The notes beneath the pieces are model-generated. The model saw only the letters and a list, made by a program, of their open reading frames with translations. It was not told the DNA's origin and ran no database searches. A program made the translations under genes and the position numbers. DNA of 64,000 nt from an uncultured Phycisphaerales bacterium (GTDB lineage: Bacteria > Planctomycetota > Phycisphaerae > Tepidisphaerales > Tepidisphaeraceae): assembly GCA_963755915.1 (NCBI GenBank), contig CAVWLP010000002.1, positions 3,872,001 through 3,936,000 of the forward strand, in the 5' to 3' direction. Shown here in pieces: positions 1 to 11,210 of this stretch; positions within the stretch are counted from its first letter, which is position 1, and each line of letters starts with the position of its first letter.

Positions 1-534
1 CGCCTCCGCATTGATATTCGACGCCGCCTTGATCTGCGCGATGATCGTCGCCACCCGCTGCGAATCGTATGTCGCGTGAAACGTCCCCTCCAGAAGCGAC
101 GGCCCCAGCGGATCGACCAGCATCCCATGGCAGCACTGCTTCTTCATCCAGGCCTTGCGGATTCTCACCTCCGCCCCGTCCGCGACGCCTTTCACTTCCA
201 CGAGCCCCGGCCCGCTATATTCCACCACCCCCGGCCCCGCCGGATTATTGCAGACAAAACACCACGAAACCGCCGCATTGGCGTTGCTCGGGCGGTCCGC
301 CTTCACCCCCGCCATCGGCGACCAGAAAATCCGGATATGCACCAACTGCCGCGGCTCCGAATCGCTTACCAGGGCAATGTCCGAATCCCCCGACTCACTG
401 TAAGCCACATAAGCCTGCGTGAAATTCTGCGTGAACTCATGCTTCTGATCTGAACTGAGCAAATGCAGATTCCCCTCGTCAGACGAGCACCCCACCAGCC
501 CAATCAGCGCCACAGCCAGCAGAAGGTTTCGCAC
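1..534 (-). CDS. Hypothetical lipoprotein, runs off left edge
   Basis: Own translation from GTG at 534: VRNLLLAVALIGLVGCSSDEG... (lipobox-like LVGC), open to position 1. Confidence 0.6.
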   Translation of the reverse strand, partial: MRNLLLAVALIGLVGCSSDEGNLHLLSSDQKHEFTQNFTQAYVAYSESGDSDIALVSDSEPRQLVHIRIFWSPMAGVKADRPSNANAAVSWCFVCNNPAGPGVVEYSGPGLVEVKGVADGAEVRIRKAWMKKQCCHGMLVDPLGPSLLEGTFHATYDSQRVATIIAQIKAASNINAEA

Positions 535-588
535 GATAGCAGTCCGAGAGTCAGCGAAGGATAAAAAAGACAACAGGCTACTCCAGAT

Positions 589-1467
589 TCATTCCAGTCC
601 CAGAAGTCCCAGGGTATCGCGTTCCACGATTCCACGGAGCGCCTCGCGGGGCACCACCGGAAGGTTTGTCCCCTGAGTCAGTTGGTTAATGCTGTAAAGC
701 GCCTCGATGCATTCGGTGATCTGGGTATACGGAAAATCGCTGCCAAAGAGGAGCTTTTCAATGACTTGCGATTCATACGCCGCCACCAGCGTGTTGTACG
801 CATGCCACGGCCGCGACAGCAGCCCGCTAACGTCCGCAAATACATGATCGTGCTTGCCCAGCAGGCAAACCGTCTCCTCCAGCCACGGCTGCCCAAGCTG
901 CGCAAAGACGATCCGAAGCTGCGGAAACGCCCGCGCCACCTCATCGAAAAGGAACGGCCTGGCATATTCCAGCTTGCTCTGCTCCGTGAATTGCCCCACC
1001 GGATGGATCAGGATCGGCATCCCCAGCTTCTCCGCCTCGGCATAAACCCGCATCGCCCGCGAATCGGTCGGATGGAAATCCTGGTTTGCCGGCGAAAGCG
1101 TAATCCCCCGAAGCTGAAGGTGCTCTTTTGCCGCCTTCATTTCATCGATAGCCGACCGCTCGGTCGGGTCAATCCCCGCGAATCCGATCAGCTTCTGCGG
1201 AAACCGATTCACATATTCCGCGACATAGGAATTGGGGATTTCCGCCTGAAGGTATTTGCTCTTGAACCCCAGCACGATGGCCTTATCAACCACCCTGGAT
1301 TGTGCCCAGTGGCTATCCGGGTCCCCAGCCGGCAGGCTGCGCCACGGCGACTTCCCCGAAGGCGTAAACCGCAACGGACGCTTCGACGGGCGCGCCGGGT
1401 CCCCCATGTCGAGCTGCCCAAGCTGCTCGGCCGATTGCCAGATGTGCGTATGACAGTCAACAATCAT
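589..1467 (-). CDS. Amidohydrolase family protein (Amidohydro_2-like)
   Basis: IVDCHTHI metal-binding motif, PILIH, LLFGSDFP. Confidence 0.85.
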   Translation of the reverse strand: MIVDCHTHIWQSAEQLGQLDMGDPARPSKRPLRFTPSGKSPWRSLPAGDPDSHWAQSRVVDKAIVLGFKSKYLQAEIPNSYVAEYVNRFPQKLIGFAGIDPTERSAIDEMKAAKEHLQLRGITLSPANQDFHPTDSRAMRVYAEAEKLGMPILIHPVGQFTEQSKLEYARPFLFDEVARAFPQLRIVFAQLGQPWLEETVCLLGKHDHVFADVSGLLSRPWHAYNTLVAAYESQVIEKLLFGSDFPYTQITECIEALYSINQLTQGTNLPVVPREALRGIVERDTLGLLGLE

Positions 1468-1682
1468 GCGTGCCTGCGATCATCCCTGTCAGCAGTCCGC
1501 CTAGTCTAAATTGACCTGCATGGGCCGTCAAAGGCGTAAATTATCCTGCCTGATGCAATACGCCGCCGAGAAGCCCAGGCGCATACGTGATTAATCGGAT
1601 ATTGCGGGCCAAAATCTAAAGCAAAAGTGACGTAAGTTATTTGATATCAGGGGCCTATACCCGACCCAGATTCCCATCGTGC

Positions 1683-1715
1683 AAAAAAAAAGCCCCCGCA
1701 TGGCGATGCGGGGGC
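1683..1715 (-). terminator. Rho-independent terminator downstream of DUF3300 gene
   Basis: Minus strand GCCCCCGCAT-cgcc-ATGCGGGGGC followed by T9. Confidence 0.8.
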
Positions 1716-1756
1716 CCTCATCTAAGGGATTTGGTAACAACACTTTCTTCAAATGT

Positions 1757-2896
1757 TCAATGTTTCTTCTCGTCAGAGCCGTCGGACCCCTGGGATCCGC
1801 CGGAATGCGCCGATTTCTGCTCGGGCTGCGGGTGTGGCCCCGGCTGGCCATGCGCCGCCGGCGGGGCGGCGTGCACCACGTCCGGCCGGGCGTTGCCATG
1901 TTCCGGCAACTGCCCCTGCCCTCGCAGATTGCGCACTTCCTCGCGATGGGCAGCTTCAACAGGATGCCACTGGCTGCGTGCCACTTCCGCCCGGAAGGCA
2001 AAATGGTCCACGTGCGGAGCGGGTCCCCAGCGGGCATCGCGTCCCCACGGATGGTAATAGGCCGGGGGGACCCAGTAGGGATCGCGCCGCCAGCCGTAGG
2101 GGCCGTGAATCCAACCACCGTGCCAATCGCCGTAAAAGATGTAGTGATTGTCCCAGTCGAACCCGTGGACGAGCCACGCACCCGCCACAAAGCGTACACC
2201 GAAGGTGATTGCATACGGCCCCTGATAGACAAGGACCGGATCGTAGGCGGGGACGTAGATCACATCGGGATCGGTTGGGATGATGTAAATGACCGGGTCG
2301 CCAACAACCACAACGCGCTGCTCGGGAGTATCATGCAGGCTTCCATCGGCGTAGGCCTGGGCCCGGAGATCCTGAATCGACGCCATCACGTCGGGCTGCT
2401 CATTGGCAATGGCCGATCCCAGCGACTGCGTCCAATCCATCTGGCTCGCCATGTAGCTCAGCACCGTCGGATAATGGCAAAGTGCCTGCACGGTCGGATC
2501 CCACGGCTGGGCGGCGATTTCCCCTTCGCTGGGGTCAGGGTAAGTCGCCAGCCACTGAGCAGCCGCTTGAATCTGATCCGGATACGTGGAAGCCGGCAAA
2601 ATATCCGCCAGCAGCGGGTCCGGATAAAGTGCGATCGGCGCCACCAGACGCTGCAGGTCATCGTTGCTTGAAACTGCCACCGGCGCCGGAGGCGGCGCTT
2701 GCTCATAAACCACCGTCGGCGGCGGAGGCGGGGGCGCATAATAAACCGGCGGCGGAGGCGCCACATATATGTCCGGCCGGAACGTCACAAAACCAGGCCC
2801 CGCCCTAACAACGCAGCCGGCAAGCGCTGCAATCGCGACAATGCCAACTGTGTTTCGAAGCCAATTCACAAACTTTACGGTGCTCCCTGAACTCAT
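1757..2896 (-). CDS. DUF3300 domain lipoprotein
   Basis: LQRLVAPIALYPDPLLADILPASTYPDQI and WDPTVQAL motifs; LAGC lipobox; Pro-rich linker. Confidence 0.85.
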   Translation of the reverse strand: MSSGSTVKFVNWLRNTVGIVAIAALAGCVVRAGPGFVTFRPDIYVAPPPPVYYAPPPPPPTVVYEQAPPPAPVAVSSNDDLQRLVAPIALYPDPLLADILPASTYPDQIQAAAQWLATYPDPSEGEIAAQPWDPTVQALCHYPTVLSYMASQMDWTQSLGSAIANEQPDVMASIQDLRAQAYADGSLHDTPEQRVVVVGDPVIYIIPTDPDVIYVPAYDPVLVYQGPYAITFGVRFVAGAWLVHGFDWDNHYIFYGDWHGGWIHGPYGWRRDPYWVPPAYYHPWGRDARWGPAPHVDHFAFRAEVARSQWHPVEAAHREEVRNLRGQGQLPEHGNARPDVVHAAPPAAHGQPGPHPQPEQKSAHSGGSQGSDGSDEKKH

Positions 2897-3094
2897 GCGA
2901 ACTTCCTTTTCTTTTAGAAATTATTTTTCCCCAAATGGAACTTCTCAGGCGGTCAGATCGACCATTGATAGATACGCGTCATCTTAGGCTCCGTTCCCTT
3001 TATATTCAGCGCACATTATTGGAAGCGTGGCAACAATTCGCAGGTTGACGTTAACTCCATCGCGGGCTACTGTTTGGTTCTGAAGGAGACCACC

Positions 3095-3711
3095 ATGCCA
3101 TTTACGCTTCCACCGCTTCCATTTCCATCAGACGCTCTTGAACCTCATATCGACAAGATGACGATGGAAATCCACCACGGCAAGCACCACGCTGCTTACG
3201 TGAACAACCTGAACAAAGCCCTCGAAGGCGCCCCCAAATTGCCAACAAGTCGCTAGAGGAACTCCTGGCGTCAAACCTCGCCATCGTCCCCGAAAACATA
3301 AAAACCCCCGTCCGCAACAACGCCGGCGGCCACCACAATCACTCCCTCTTCTGGCAGATTTTGAATCCCGCAGGCAAGCCCGGCGCGACCCCCGTCGGCC
3401 AACTCGGCACCGCCATCAGCAACGCCTTCGGCTCCTTCGACGGCTTCAAGGAAAAATTCACCGCCGCCGCCACCGGCCGCTTCGGCTCCGGCTGGGCCTG
3501 GCTCGTCAACAAGGGCGGAAAAATCGAAATCATCTCCACCGCCAACCAGGACAGCCCCGTGATGGAAGGTGCCTTCCCGATCATCGGCCTGGACGTCTGG
3601 GAGCATGCCTACTACCTCAAATACCAAAACCGCCGCCCCGACTACATCACCGCCTGGTGGAACGTCATCAACTGGAAAGTCGCGGATGAACGCTTCGCGA
3701 AGGGGAAATAG
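3095..3711 (+). CDS. sodA: Fe/Mn superoxide dismutase (frameshift near 3240, probable sequencing error)
   Basis: [50 protein letters not shown] across two frames. Confidence 0.9.
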
Positions 3712-3717
3712 CCAGCT

Positions 3718-6588
3718 TCAATCATTCGCATGCCAGGGTGTACTAAACCCCGCCTGCCCCGAGGGGAGGAAGTTCACGCTGAACCCGTTGATATTATTAA
3801 TCCCGTCGTGATAAACCGCGACCGACAGCGCAAACACATCAAACCTCCGGGTCACCGAAAGATAGGTAATCTCCGCCCGCGTTTGCCCGATATCCACCGC
3901 CTCCTCCAGCGCCAGCGAGTATTTCGTGGATAGATTATACGTCGCGTTAAAACTGATGACCTGCGACTCCAGCGCCTGGATATATGCATCGCCGAAGTAA
4001 TAGCTGAGCCGCGCCCCGCGATTGACGGCTATACCCGCTTCCGCGATCGCCGTCTCATGCGTATCGAGGTTCCACTGCCAGTCTGAGATGAAAGCCGTAT
4101 CGTCCCCAATATGCCAGGTGAGATCCGCATTAATCGCCTGCCGCGCCACCGATGTCTGCGGCTCCGACGGAAAAAACAGCCCGCGGAAGCTCACGGGATT
4201 CAGCAAATCCTGCGGCGGCGCGTGCGGATAAAAATCCCCCTCGATATCAAAATCCAGAAAATCCACGCTCTCCCACCGCCCCGGCCCCCCGCGCATCGTG
4301 TCCCAGTGCTGATGAATCGCCACCTGTGCCGCCGTGATGTCGCTGATGCTGTCGATGTTGGAATCGAAGTCGTACAGCTTCTGCGCGTCCACCGTCGTCC
4401 CCGATGTGAAAACATTGATCTCCGGCTGAATCACGTGCCGAATCCGATGCAGGTTCAGCAAATCTGAATCAATCGAATCATCCACGTCCCAGAACGTCGT
4501 CGTCGCCCGCACTCCCGGCCCGCCATAAAATCGCGTCTGCCCATCTCCGCCCGGACTGTTCGAATATGTCGTCAGCTCCCCCATCAGGTACGGAACCAAT
4601 TTGATCTGCCCCAGCGCAATCGGCCAATCCACTTCATCCCGTGTATCCCCCCGAAAAATCAGATCCCCCGTAAATCCCGTCAGCCCATTCGATGGCAATC
4701 CAGGCGACAACCCCGGATAAAATCCCTGATCCTCGAGCGAAAACTGGTTCCGATCGAACTTCAGCCCCGACCCAGTATTCGCGCTGAAAAACGTCAACTG
4801 ATCGTCCGCGAAACTGTCCCCAATCCGCTGATAAGAAATCTCCGGCAGCCGCGCCACGTCAAACTGATCCGGCTGCCGATCCGCGTTCGTCGTGAAATTC
4901 GTCGTGTCCGTCTGCACCAGAAACGACAGCACTTCCGTATCCCTCTGCCGCTTGGCGTAAAATTCCGCGTCATACGGCAGCGCGTTATCGAACGTGTTCT
5001 GGTAATACTCCTCCAGGTAAGTCGGATCCGAAACATATCCCAGCCGCACCTGCACCTGCCAGTCATCCGGGAAAAACTGCTGGTGCTGCCAGAGGAAAAA
5101 ACCGCGCTCTTCGGTAGGGGGGTCCACATTCAATCGAATCCCGCCAAGCTGATCCTGCCCATGATCGCTGATGAAGAACGACTGAAAATCCCCCTGAAAA
5201 TCCCAGGGCTGATCCGCGTCGGTGATGAACCCGCCCTTATACGTCGCATTCAATCCAATCCCCGGCCCGCGCTCAGAATAAAAATCGATCGGAATATCAA
5301 TACTCAAATCCTTCGGCGGCGTCTGTCCCAGCAACTGAAACAGCCCCCAGTCCGTCGTCACCCCGAACCCATACCGGCTCGAATTCCCCGCCGAAAAGTT
5401 CAACAGCGGCAGCGGATTGGTGTTATACACCCCCGACAACGCCGGCCAGTAAAACATCGGCACGCCGAAAATATGTATCGTGTCATTGTGGGTGACCACA
5501 TCGTAATTCGCCAAATCCTGCGGCTGCTGATGAATGTACGCATACCCAGCCCGAATGCTGAACGTCGGCACCGCAAACTGGCTGGTCGTAAATTCCGCGT
5601 TCCGCGCCGAAAATTCCGCGTGCGATATCTGCTGCATCGTCTGCGCCCGAACGATGAAGGGAATCTGCGTATCCGGGTCCACGCTGTGAAAAACAACGTT
5701 CGTCAGCACCGCCTTCTGCGTCCGAAAATCGTAATAAACCCGATCCGCCACCAGCCGCTGCTCCGGCGCTTTCGCCTTCGCCGGCACATAATCAATCCGC
5801 ACGTCCCCCTCCAAATACGCCGCCGTGATCGCGTTATGGATATCCGTCGGCTGCGTCGTCGGAGCATCCGCCCGCTCATTGGTGAAGACCACCACGTTAT
5901 CAGCCAGCAGCTCCACATAGTCCCCATTGCTCGCCGACTGCGTGATGCTCACCGCCCCGCTGAGCTGCAGCGCCTTGGTCCCATCCGGCGCAATCGTCGA
6001 CTCCGTCAGCTTCGCCGAAAAGTAAACCGGTCCGCCCTTTCCCATCCCCGGCTCCGGAATCCCCGATGCATTCGTCCCCCCGATGGCCGCCGGCAGCGAG
6101 GGCATCGTCGCCGTCAGCGGCGCCGCTTCGTCCATCATCTCGCTGGCACGCCGAATACTCAGCGCCTGCGCATAAATCGCTGACTTGGAAAAATCCTCGC
6201 ACGGCTTCACATCCGCCGTCAACTGAATCTTCCCCCGCACCACGGTATTGATCAGCAGCTTCGGCCCCGTGCGCAGCAGATGGTCTTCCTTCGCCGTCAG
6301 CTTCGCATGCCCCAGCAGAACGATATCGACCTGCTGTTCCCCCAGCACCCCGCGCGGATCTGGGGTCAGCCAGATTACCGCGTTATCCGCCCAGCACTGC
6401 TGTCCATCGAGCACAATCGCGACTTTCCCCCTCACCTCGATGATGCTCACCTGTTGATCCGACCCAATCGAAGCTTCATCCCCGTGAACGATCAGCTTCT
6501 CACTAAACGCAGAAATCTGCCCCCAGACAGGCGCCGCACCGCAGATCAAAACAAGTGAAAAAATCCCCCAGCCCAAGCCGGCACTCAC
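3718..6588 (-). CDS. LptD-like outer-membrane LPS-assembly beta-barrel protein
   Basis: Signal peptide, OstA-like N-terminus (LEGDVRI..ADRVYYD), SDPTYLEEYY, RHVIQPEI, long beta-strand C-terminus. Confidence 0.7.
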   Translation of the reverse strand: MSAGLGWGIFSLVLICGAAPVWGQISAFSEKLIVHGDEASIGSDQQVSIIEVRGKVAIVLDGQQCWADNAVIWLTPDPRGVLGEQQVDIVLLGHAKLTAKEDHLLRTGPKLLINTVVRGKIQLTADVKPCEDFSKSAIYAQALSIRRASEMMDEAAPLTATMPSLPAAIGGTNASGIPEPGMGKGGPVYFSAKLTESTIAPDGTKALQLSGAVSITQSASNGDYVELLADNVVVFTNERADAPTTQPTDIHNAITAAYLEGDVRIDYVPAKAKAPEQRLVADRVYYDFRTQKAVLTNVVFHSVDPDTQIPFIVRAQTMQQISHAEFSARNAEFTTSQFAVPTFSIRAGYAYIHQQPQDLANYDVVTHNDTIHIFGVPMFYWPALSGVYNTNPLPLLNFSAGNSSRYGFGVTTDWGLFQLLGQTPPKDLSIDIPIDFYSERGPGIGLNATYKGGFITDADQPWDFQGDFQSFFISDHGQDQLGGIRLNVDPPTEERGFFLWQHQQFFPDDWQVQVRLGYVSDPTYLEEYYQNTFDNALPYDAEFYAKRQRDTEVLSFLVQTDTTNFTTNADRQPDQFDVARLPEISYQRIGDSFADDQLTFFSANTGSGLKFDRNQFSLEDQGFYPGLSPGLPSNGLTGFTGDLIFRGDTRDEVDWPIALGQIKLVPYLMGELTTYSNSPGGDGQTRFYGGPGVRATTTFWDVDDSIDSDLLNLHRIRHVIQPEINVFTSGTTVDAQKLYDFDSNIDSISDITAAQVAIHQHWDTMRGGPGRWESVDFLDFDIEGDFYPHAPPQDLLNPVSFRGLFFPSEPQTSVARQAINADLTWHIGDDTAFISDWQWNLDTHETAIAEAGIAVNRGARLSYYFGDAYIQALESQVISFNATYNLSTKYSLALEEAVDIGQTRAEITYLSVTRRFDVFALSVAVYHDGINNINGFSVNFLPSGQAGFSTPWHAND

Positions 6589-6709
6589 CCTGGAGGTGAG
6601 GCGTTGCGAGATCGCGCTGACAGGCTCCTTCCCGATACGGCCACCATCCCAAAAGCGGTCGGCGGCATTATAGAAGTGGGCTCGGGTCCGTCAAAGCAGG
6701 AAGCGTCGA

Positions 6710-6846
6710 AAACCACAAACCAGAAACCAGAAATCCGAAATCAGAATCAAACCAGAATGACCGAATGACGAAGGCCCATTGGGTGCAATTCGTCATTCGG
6801 TCATTCGGATTTGATTCAGATTTCTGGTTTCGGAATTCGGATTTCG
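6710..6846. repeat. Imperfect palindrome built from short tandem repeats
   Basis: gaaatccgaaatcagaatcaaa..gaatgaccgaatgacgaa mirrored by ttcgtcattcggtcattc..tttgattcagatttc..ttcggatttc. Confidence 0.7.
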
Positions 6847-6850
6847 ACTA

Positions 6851-7273
6851 CTACGCTCCCGAAGCCGCCAACTCCGTCTTCCCCGTCGTCTCTCCCGCGC
6901 CCCCCTCGGCCTCTTCCTTCTTCCCCTTGCGCTTCTCCGTAAGCCGCGTCGCCTTGCCCACGCGATCGCGCAGGTAAAACAGTTTTGCCCGACGCGCCTC
7001 GCCGCTGCGCTTCACCGTCACCCGCGAGATGAACGGCGAATGGAGCGGGAATATGCGTTCCACGCCCTCATTATTCACGATTCGCCTCACCGTAAATGTC
7101 TCGTTGATCCCCGACCCCTTCTTCATGATCACCACCCCGGTGAACACCTGCACGCGCTCTTTTTCACCCTCGATGATTCTCGTAGCCACATCCACGGTGT
7201 CTCCCACCGCGAACTGCGGAACTTCCTTCTTCAAATGAGGCTGCTCGACATGCTGAATAAGTTTGTTGGTCAT
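6851..7273 (-). CDS. rplS: 50S ribosomal protein L19
   Basis: FAVGDTVDV..IIEGEKERVQVFTG, GVERIFPLHSP, RRAKLFYLR. Confidence 0.97.
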   Translation of the reverse strand: MTNKLIQHVEQPHLKKEVPQFAVGDTVDVATRIIEGEKERVQVFTGVVIMKKGSGINETFTVRRIVNNEGVERIFPLHSPFISRVTVKRSGEARRAKLFYLRDRVGKATRLTEKRKGKKEEAEGGAGETTGKTELAASGA

Positions 7274-7318
7274 GACCCTGCTCCGATCGACCGCTGCGAG
7301 GCGGGAAACACATTGTAA

Positions 7319-8035
7319 TCACTTATCGGCTTCCTCGCCTGAATCTTTGGCTAAAAACCGGTGCCAAAGGTCCAAACGTCTCAGCCGCGTCCGCTCTTTT
7401 CTCTGCTCAAGCCGCCACCGGGCGATCTCGGCATGATTGCCACTTAGCAAAATCTCCGGCACCCCCATTCCCCGGAACTCCCGGGGACGGGTGTACTGCG
7501 GATACTCCAGTAATCCATCGGCGAACGACTCATCGGCCGCCCCTTCTTCGGCCCCCAGTGCGCCCGGCAACAGCCGAACCACCGCGTCCACCACTATCAT
7601 CGCGGCCAATTCTCCGCCGCTCAATATGTAATCGCCGATGCTCAATTCCATCGGCTTCAATCCTTCCGATATCCTTTCATCAAACCCTTCATAATGCCCC
7701 GCGATCAGCAGCAATCGATCCTTCGCGGCCAATTCCTCGGCCACCGTTTGATCGAACTTCCTTCCTTGCGGGGTAAGCAGGACTCGAACCGGCGTAGCCG
7801 CGTCCTGTCGCTCAACCGCTTCGACTGCGTCGAACAGGGTCTGGCACATCATGACCATCCCCGGGCCGCCGCCGAATGGTTTGTCATCCACCGATTTGTG
7901 CGCATCTGTCGCAAAATCGCGGATGTTCGTCAGATGATAGCTGACCAATCCTTTCTCAGCGGCTCGTTTGGGAATCGAGGTTCCCAGCACCGCCTCAAAC
8001 ATTTCCGGAAACAGCGTGAGAATGTCAATCCGCAC
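7319..8035 (-). CDS. trmD: tRNA (guanine37-N1)-methyltransferase
   Basis: [43 protein letters not shown]. Confidence 0.97.
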   Translation of the reverse strand: MRIDILTLFPEMFEAVLGTSIPKRAAEKGLVSYHLTNIRDFATDAHKSVDDKPFGGGPGMVMMCQTLFDAVEAVERQDAATPVRVLLTPQGRKFDQTVAEELAAKDRLLLIAGHYEGFDERISEGLKPMELSIGDYILSGGELAAMIVVDAVVRLLPGALGAEEGAADESFADGLLEYPQYTRPREFRGMGVPEILLSGNHAEIARWRLEQRKERTRLRRLDLWHRFLAKDSGEEADK

Positions 8036-8071
8036 GACACCACCACGCGAAACCTTGTCGCCAGACCAAAA

Positions 8072-8458
8072 CTATTTAGCTTCCGCCTCTTTCTTCTCTG
8101 CCGCAGGCTTGGCCTCTCCCTCAGCCTTCGGCGCCGCCTTCTTCTCCCCCTCCTTCGCCTCCACAGCCACAGGCTTTGGCTTCCCAGGCCTCGGCAGCCG
8201 AAGCTGCTTATGATCCACGCCGCTCTTCTTCAAGAGGGATGAAACCGTCTCGGAAGGAATCGCCCCGATATCGAGCCAGTGCTTGCACCGATCGAGCTTG
8301 GCCACAAACTGCTTGGCCTGCTCCTTCTCGCGCGGATCATAGAACCCCAGCTCTTCAATCACGCGTCCATTGCGCGGCGACCGCGAGTCGATCGCGCTCA
8401 GCCGAAAAAACGCCCGGTTGCTCCGTCCCATTCGCTTAAGTCTTAGCTTCACTGACAT
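8072..8458 (-). CDS. rpsP: 30S ribosomal protein S16
   Basis: MSVKLRLKRMG, DSRSPRNGRVIEELGFYDP. Confidence 0.97.
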   Translation of the reverse strand: MSVKLRLKRMGRSNRAFFRLSAIDSRSPRNGRVIEELGFYDPREKEQAKQFVAKLDRCKHWLDIGAIPSETVSSLLKKSGVDHKQLRLPRPGKPKPVAVEAKEGEKKAAPKAEGEAKPAAEKKEAEAK

Positions 8459-8956
8459 TTACAATCTCCGATTTCACGTAATTTTATGCGAATTGGTGAG
8501 TATAGCAATTCGCTCGCTCCCCGCAAGTTGCCCGCCGCACGCCCCAAAGCCCAAAAACCACGATTGAACCGCAACCTCGTTTATCAAATCCTTTGCATTC
8601 TCTCACCCCCGCAAAAAAACCGCGCGGATTTTTTCAAAAATAGGTCCAAAACGTTCACCTTTTGGACCTGTATATAGACGAGTACTATTTTTTCCCTGCG
8701 CCTCTTCGAATTCGGCATTTGGCAATCGGCAATCTTCACCGCGCCAACCAATCGCGGGTAAGACCACCAAACCCCCATTTCCTCAAAAAGTGGGGAATTT
8801 TGGGGAATTCTGGGGAATCGATTCTCTGCACATGCAGCCAGAAGGGAGAAAAATAGAGAAAAGAAATTCACGACAAAAAGCCGGTCAAAACCGGGCATTT
8901 TCGGACATCCGCCTCACGGCGATCTCCCCCGATCGAAATCGCCAGACATCGACGCA

Positions 8957-8988
8957 CCCGTTTAGCCGCAACCCCGCAGGGGTGCGCT
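8957..8988. repeat. REP-like intergenic repeat, family B, copy 1
   Basis: cccgtttagccgcaaccccgcaggggtgcgc resembles reverse complement of 62839-62870. Confidence 0.55.
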
Positions 8989-9058
8989 TTCCAGGACGGG
9001 TGAATTGCGCCGCCCGCTTCATAAGCCGCCGATTATTGCATATCATTCTTACACTAAA

Positions 9059-10532
9059 ATGTTCGACGCCCTAACCGACAAATTCTCCGGTGTATTCCGA
9101 TCCCTCTCAGGCCGCGGCCGCATCAGCGAAGAAAACATCCGCGAGTCCATGAACGACGTCCGCACCGCCCTCCTCGAGGCCGACGTCAATCTCAAGGTCG
9201 TCAACGATTTCACCGAGCACGTCGTCCAGAAAGCCATCGGCCAGGAGGTCATCAAGAGCCTCCAGCCCGGCGAGCTGATGGTCAAAATCTGCTACGACGA
9301 GCTCCTGAACCTCCTTGGCCCGGTCGACACCCGGATTTATTTCGTCCACCCCGGCCCCACCGTCCTGATGATGTGCGGCCTGCAGGGCTCCGGCAAAACC
9401 ACCACCTGCGGCAAGCTCGCTAAATTCCTGCTCTCGCAAGGCCATCATCCGCTGATGGCCGCCGCCGACCTCCAGCGTCCCGCCGCCGTCGAGCAGCTTC
9501 GCGTCATCGGCGAGCAGGTCGGTGTCCCCGTCTATATGGATGACTCAAAAGTCGCGCCCCACGGCCAAGTCGTGCGCGGCGCGGCCGTCGCTGTCTGTCG
9601 CGCCGCCATCAACCAGGCCAAATCCGGCGGCAACGATGTCATCATCCTCGACACCGCCGGCCGCCTCCATATCGACGACGAGCTCATGGGCGAGCTCCGC
9701 GAGATCAACTCCCAGCTCCAGCCCCACCAGATCTATCTCGTCCTCGACTCCATGAGCGGCCAGGACGCCGTCAATCAGCGCCAAAGCCTTCAACGACCAG
9801 CTGGAACTCGACGGCCTCATCCTCACGAAACTCGACAGCGACACCCGCGGCGGCGCGCTCCTCTCCGCCAAGATGGTCACCGGCAAACCCGTCAAATTCC
9901 TCGGCGTCGGTGAAAAGCTCGAAGCCCTCGAAGAATTCCGCCCCGAAGGAATGGCCTCCCGCATCCTCGGCATGGGCGACATCATCGGTCTCGTCACCGA
10001 AGCCCAGAAGCAGTTCGACATGGAGGAAGCCGCCAAGCTCCAGCAGAAAATGGAGAAGGGCACCTTCACCCTCGACGACTTCATGGCCCAGATGAGCCAG
10101 ATCAAAAAGCTCGGCTCCATCGGCAAGGTCATGGGCATGATCCCGGGCATGAGCAACCTCACCAAGTCCGTCAACATGAACGACTCTGACGTCGAGCGCC
10201 AGATGTCGCACATGCGGGCCATCTACGATTCCATGACCCGCGAAGAGCGCCGCAAGCCCGACATCATCGAGCACGCCCGCCGCCGCAGAATCTCCGCCGG
10301 CGCCGGCGTCGCCGTCCCGGAGGTGAACCAGTTCATCAAGCAATTCGAAGGCGCCCGCGACATGATGCGCGCCATTGGGGGTCAGGGCCTCATGGGTAAA
10401 ATGAAGTTCATGCAATCGGTGATGTCGGGTGGATTATCCAATCTGGGAATGCCGGGCGGCCCCATGCTCCGCACCAAAAAATCCGGGTTTATGGAGAAGA
10501 AGGATCGGAACAAGAAGAAAAAGCGGAGGTAG
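9059..10532 (+). CDS. ffh: Signal recognition particle protein Ffh (frameshift near 9775)
   Basis: ALLEADV, GLQGSGKTTT, DTAGRL, TKLDSDTRGG, GMGDI, M-domain FTLDDF. Confidence 0.95.
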
Positions 10533-10580
10533 CCTGATTCCTTCGGGAAGGGTTGGCGCAAATTGGGGCTGCCCGGGAAT

Positions 10581-10832
10581 TCACTCCGGGGGAGACAAAG
10601 GTACCTCTGCGGTTATTTCGCCTTGTTGATGCATCCAAACGATCACTTCAGGATCAACCCAAGCGTCCTTTACGTTCTCAATGGCATCGGCCATTGCTCG
10701 GAGAACGTTCGCAAACGCTCGGTTGTAGGTTTGGGGATTGGCACCGACGTAGCCTTCATATTTCTGTCGAAGAAGAATGATCGCATCGGTGCGCTTTGTG
10801 CGTCGTACGTTTGGTTTTTGTGGCTTGAACAT
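10581..10832 (-). CDS. Small hypothetical protein, lower GC
   Basis: ORF MFKPQKPNVRR..., TATAAT 8 nt upstream of ATG; no recognised family. Confidence 0.4.
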   Translation of the reverse strand: MFKPQKPNVRRTKRTDAIILLRQKYEGYVGANPQTYNRAFANVLRAMADAIENVKDAWVDPEVIVWMHQQGEITAEVPLSPPE

Positions 10833-11046
10833 GCGCCGCAATTATATTGTTTAATCGCTGGTTCCCACAATGCTCCCAAGCTTGAAGTGACGTGAGAAAG
10901 GAGGCATTGCTGATCAATTGCTTCGCCAGTCAGTTGTCCGCCCGGTTGAGCCCGAAAAACTCAACGGCGGATTTATCGCCCCGGATTCCTATTTCAACCG
11001 CCCCGCCGGCAACCGCTGAAGCCGCTGGTTCTGCGGCGCGTTTTTT

Positions 11047-11086
11047 CCCCCGCCCCCGGTACTCCGGGGGAGGGTTGGGGAGGGGG
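11047..11086. repeat. REP-like repeat, family A, copy 1
   Basis: cccccgcccccggtactccgggggagggttggggaggggg, near-identical to 29609-29647. Confidence 0.65.
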
Positions 11087-11210
11087 TTTCTCGTGACTGT
11101 CAAAAAAATCCCGTTTGTCCAACTCACGGCGGCGGCGAGAAATATGCTCCGGTAGTCGGAAGCTCGCTTAGGCGCTCCCGCGCCTTCGATCAACCCCGCC
11201 GCGTCATCCA

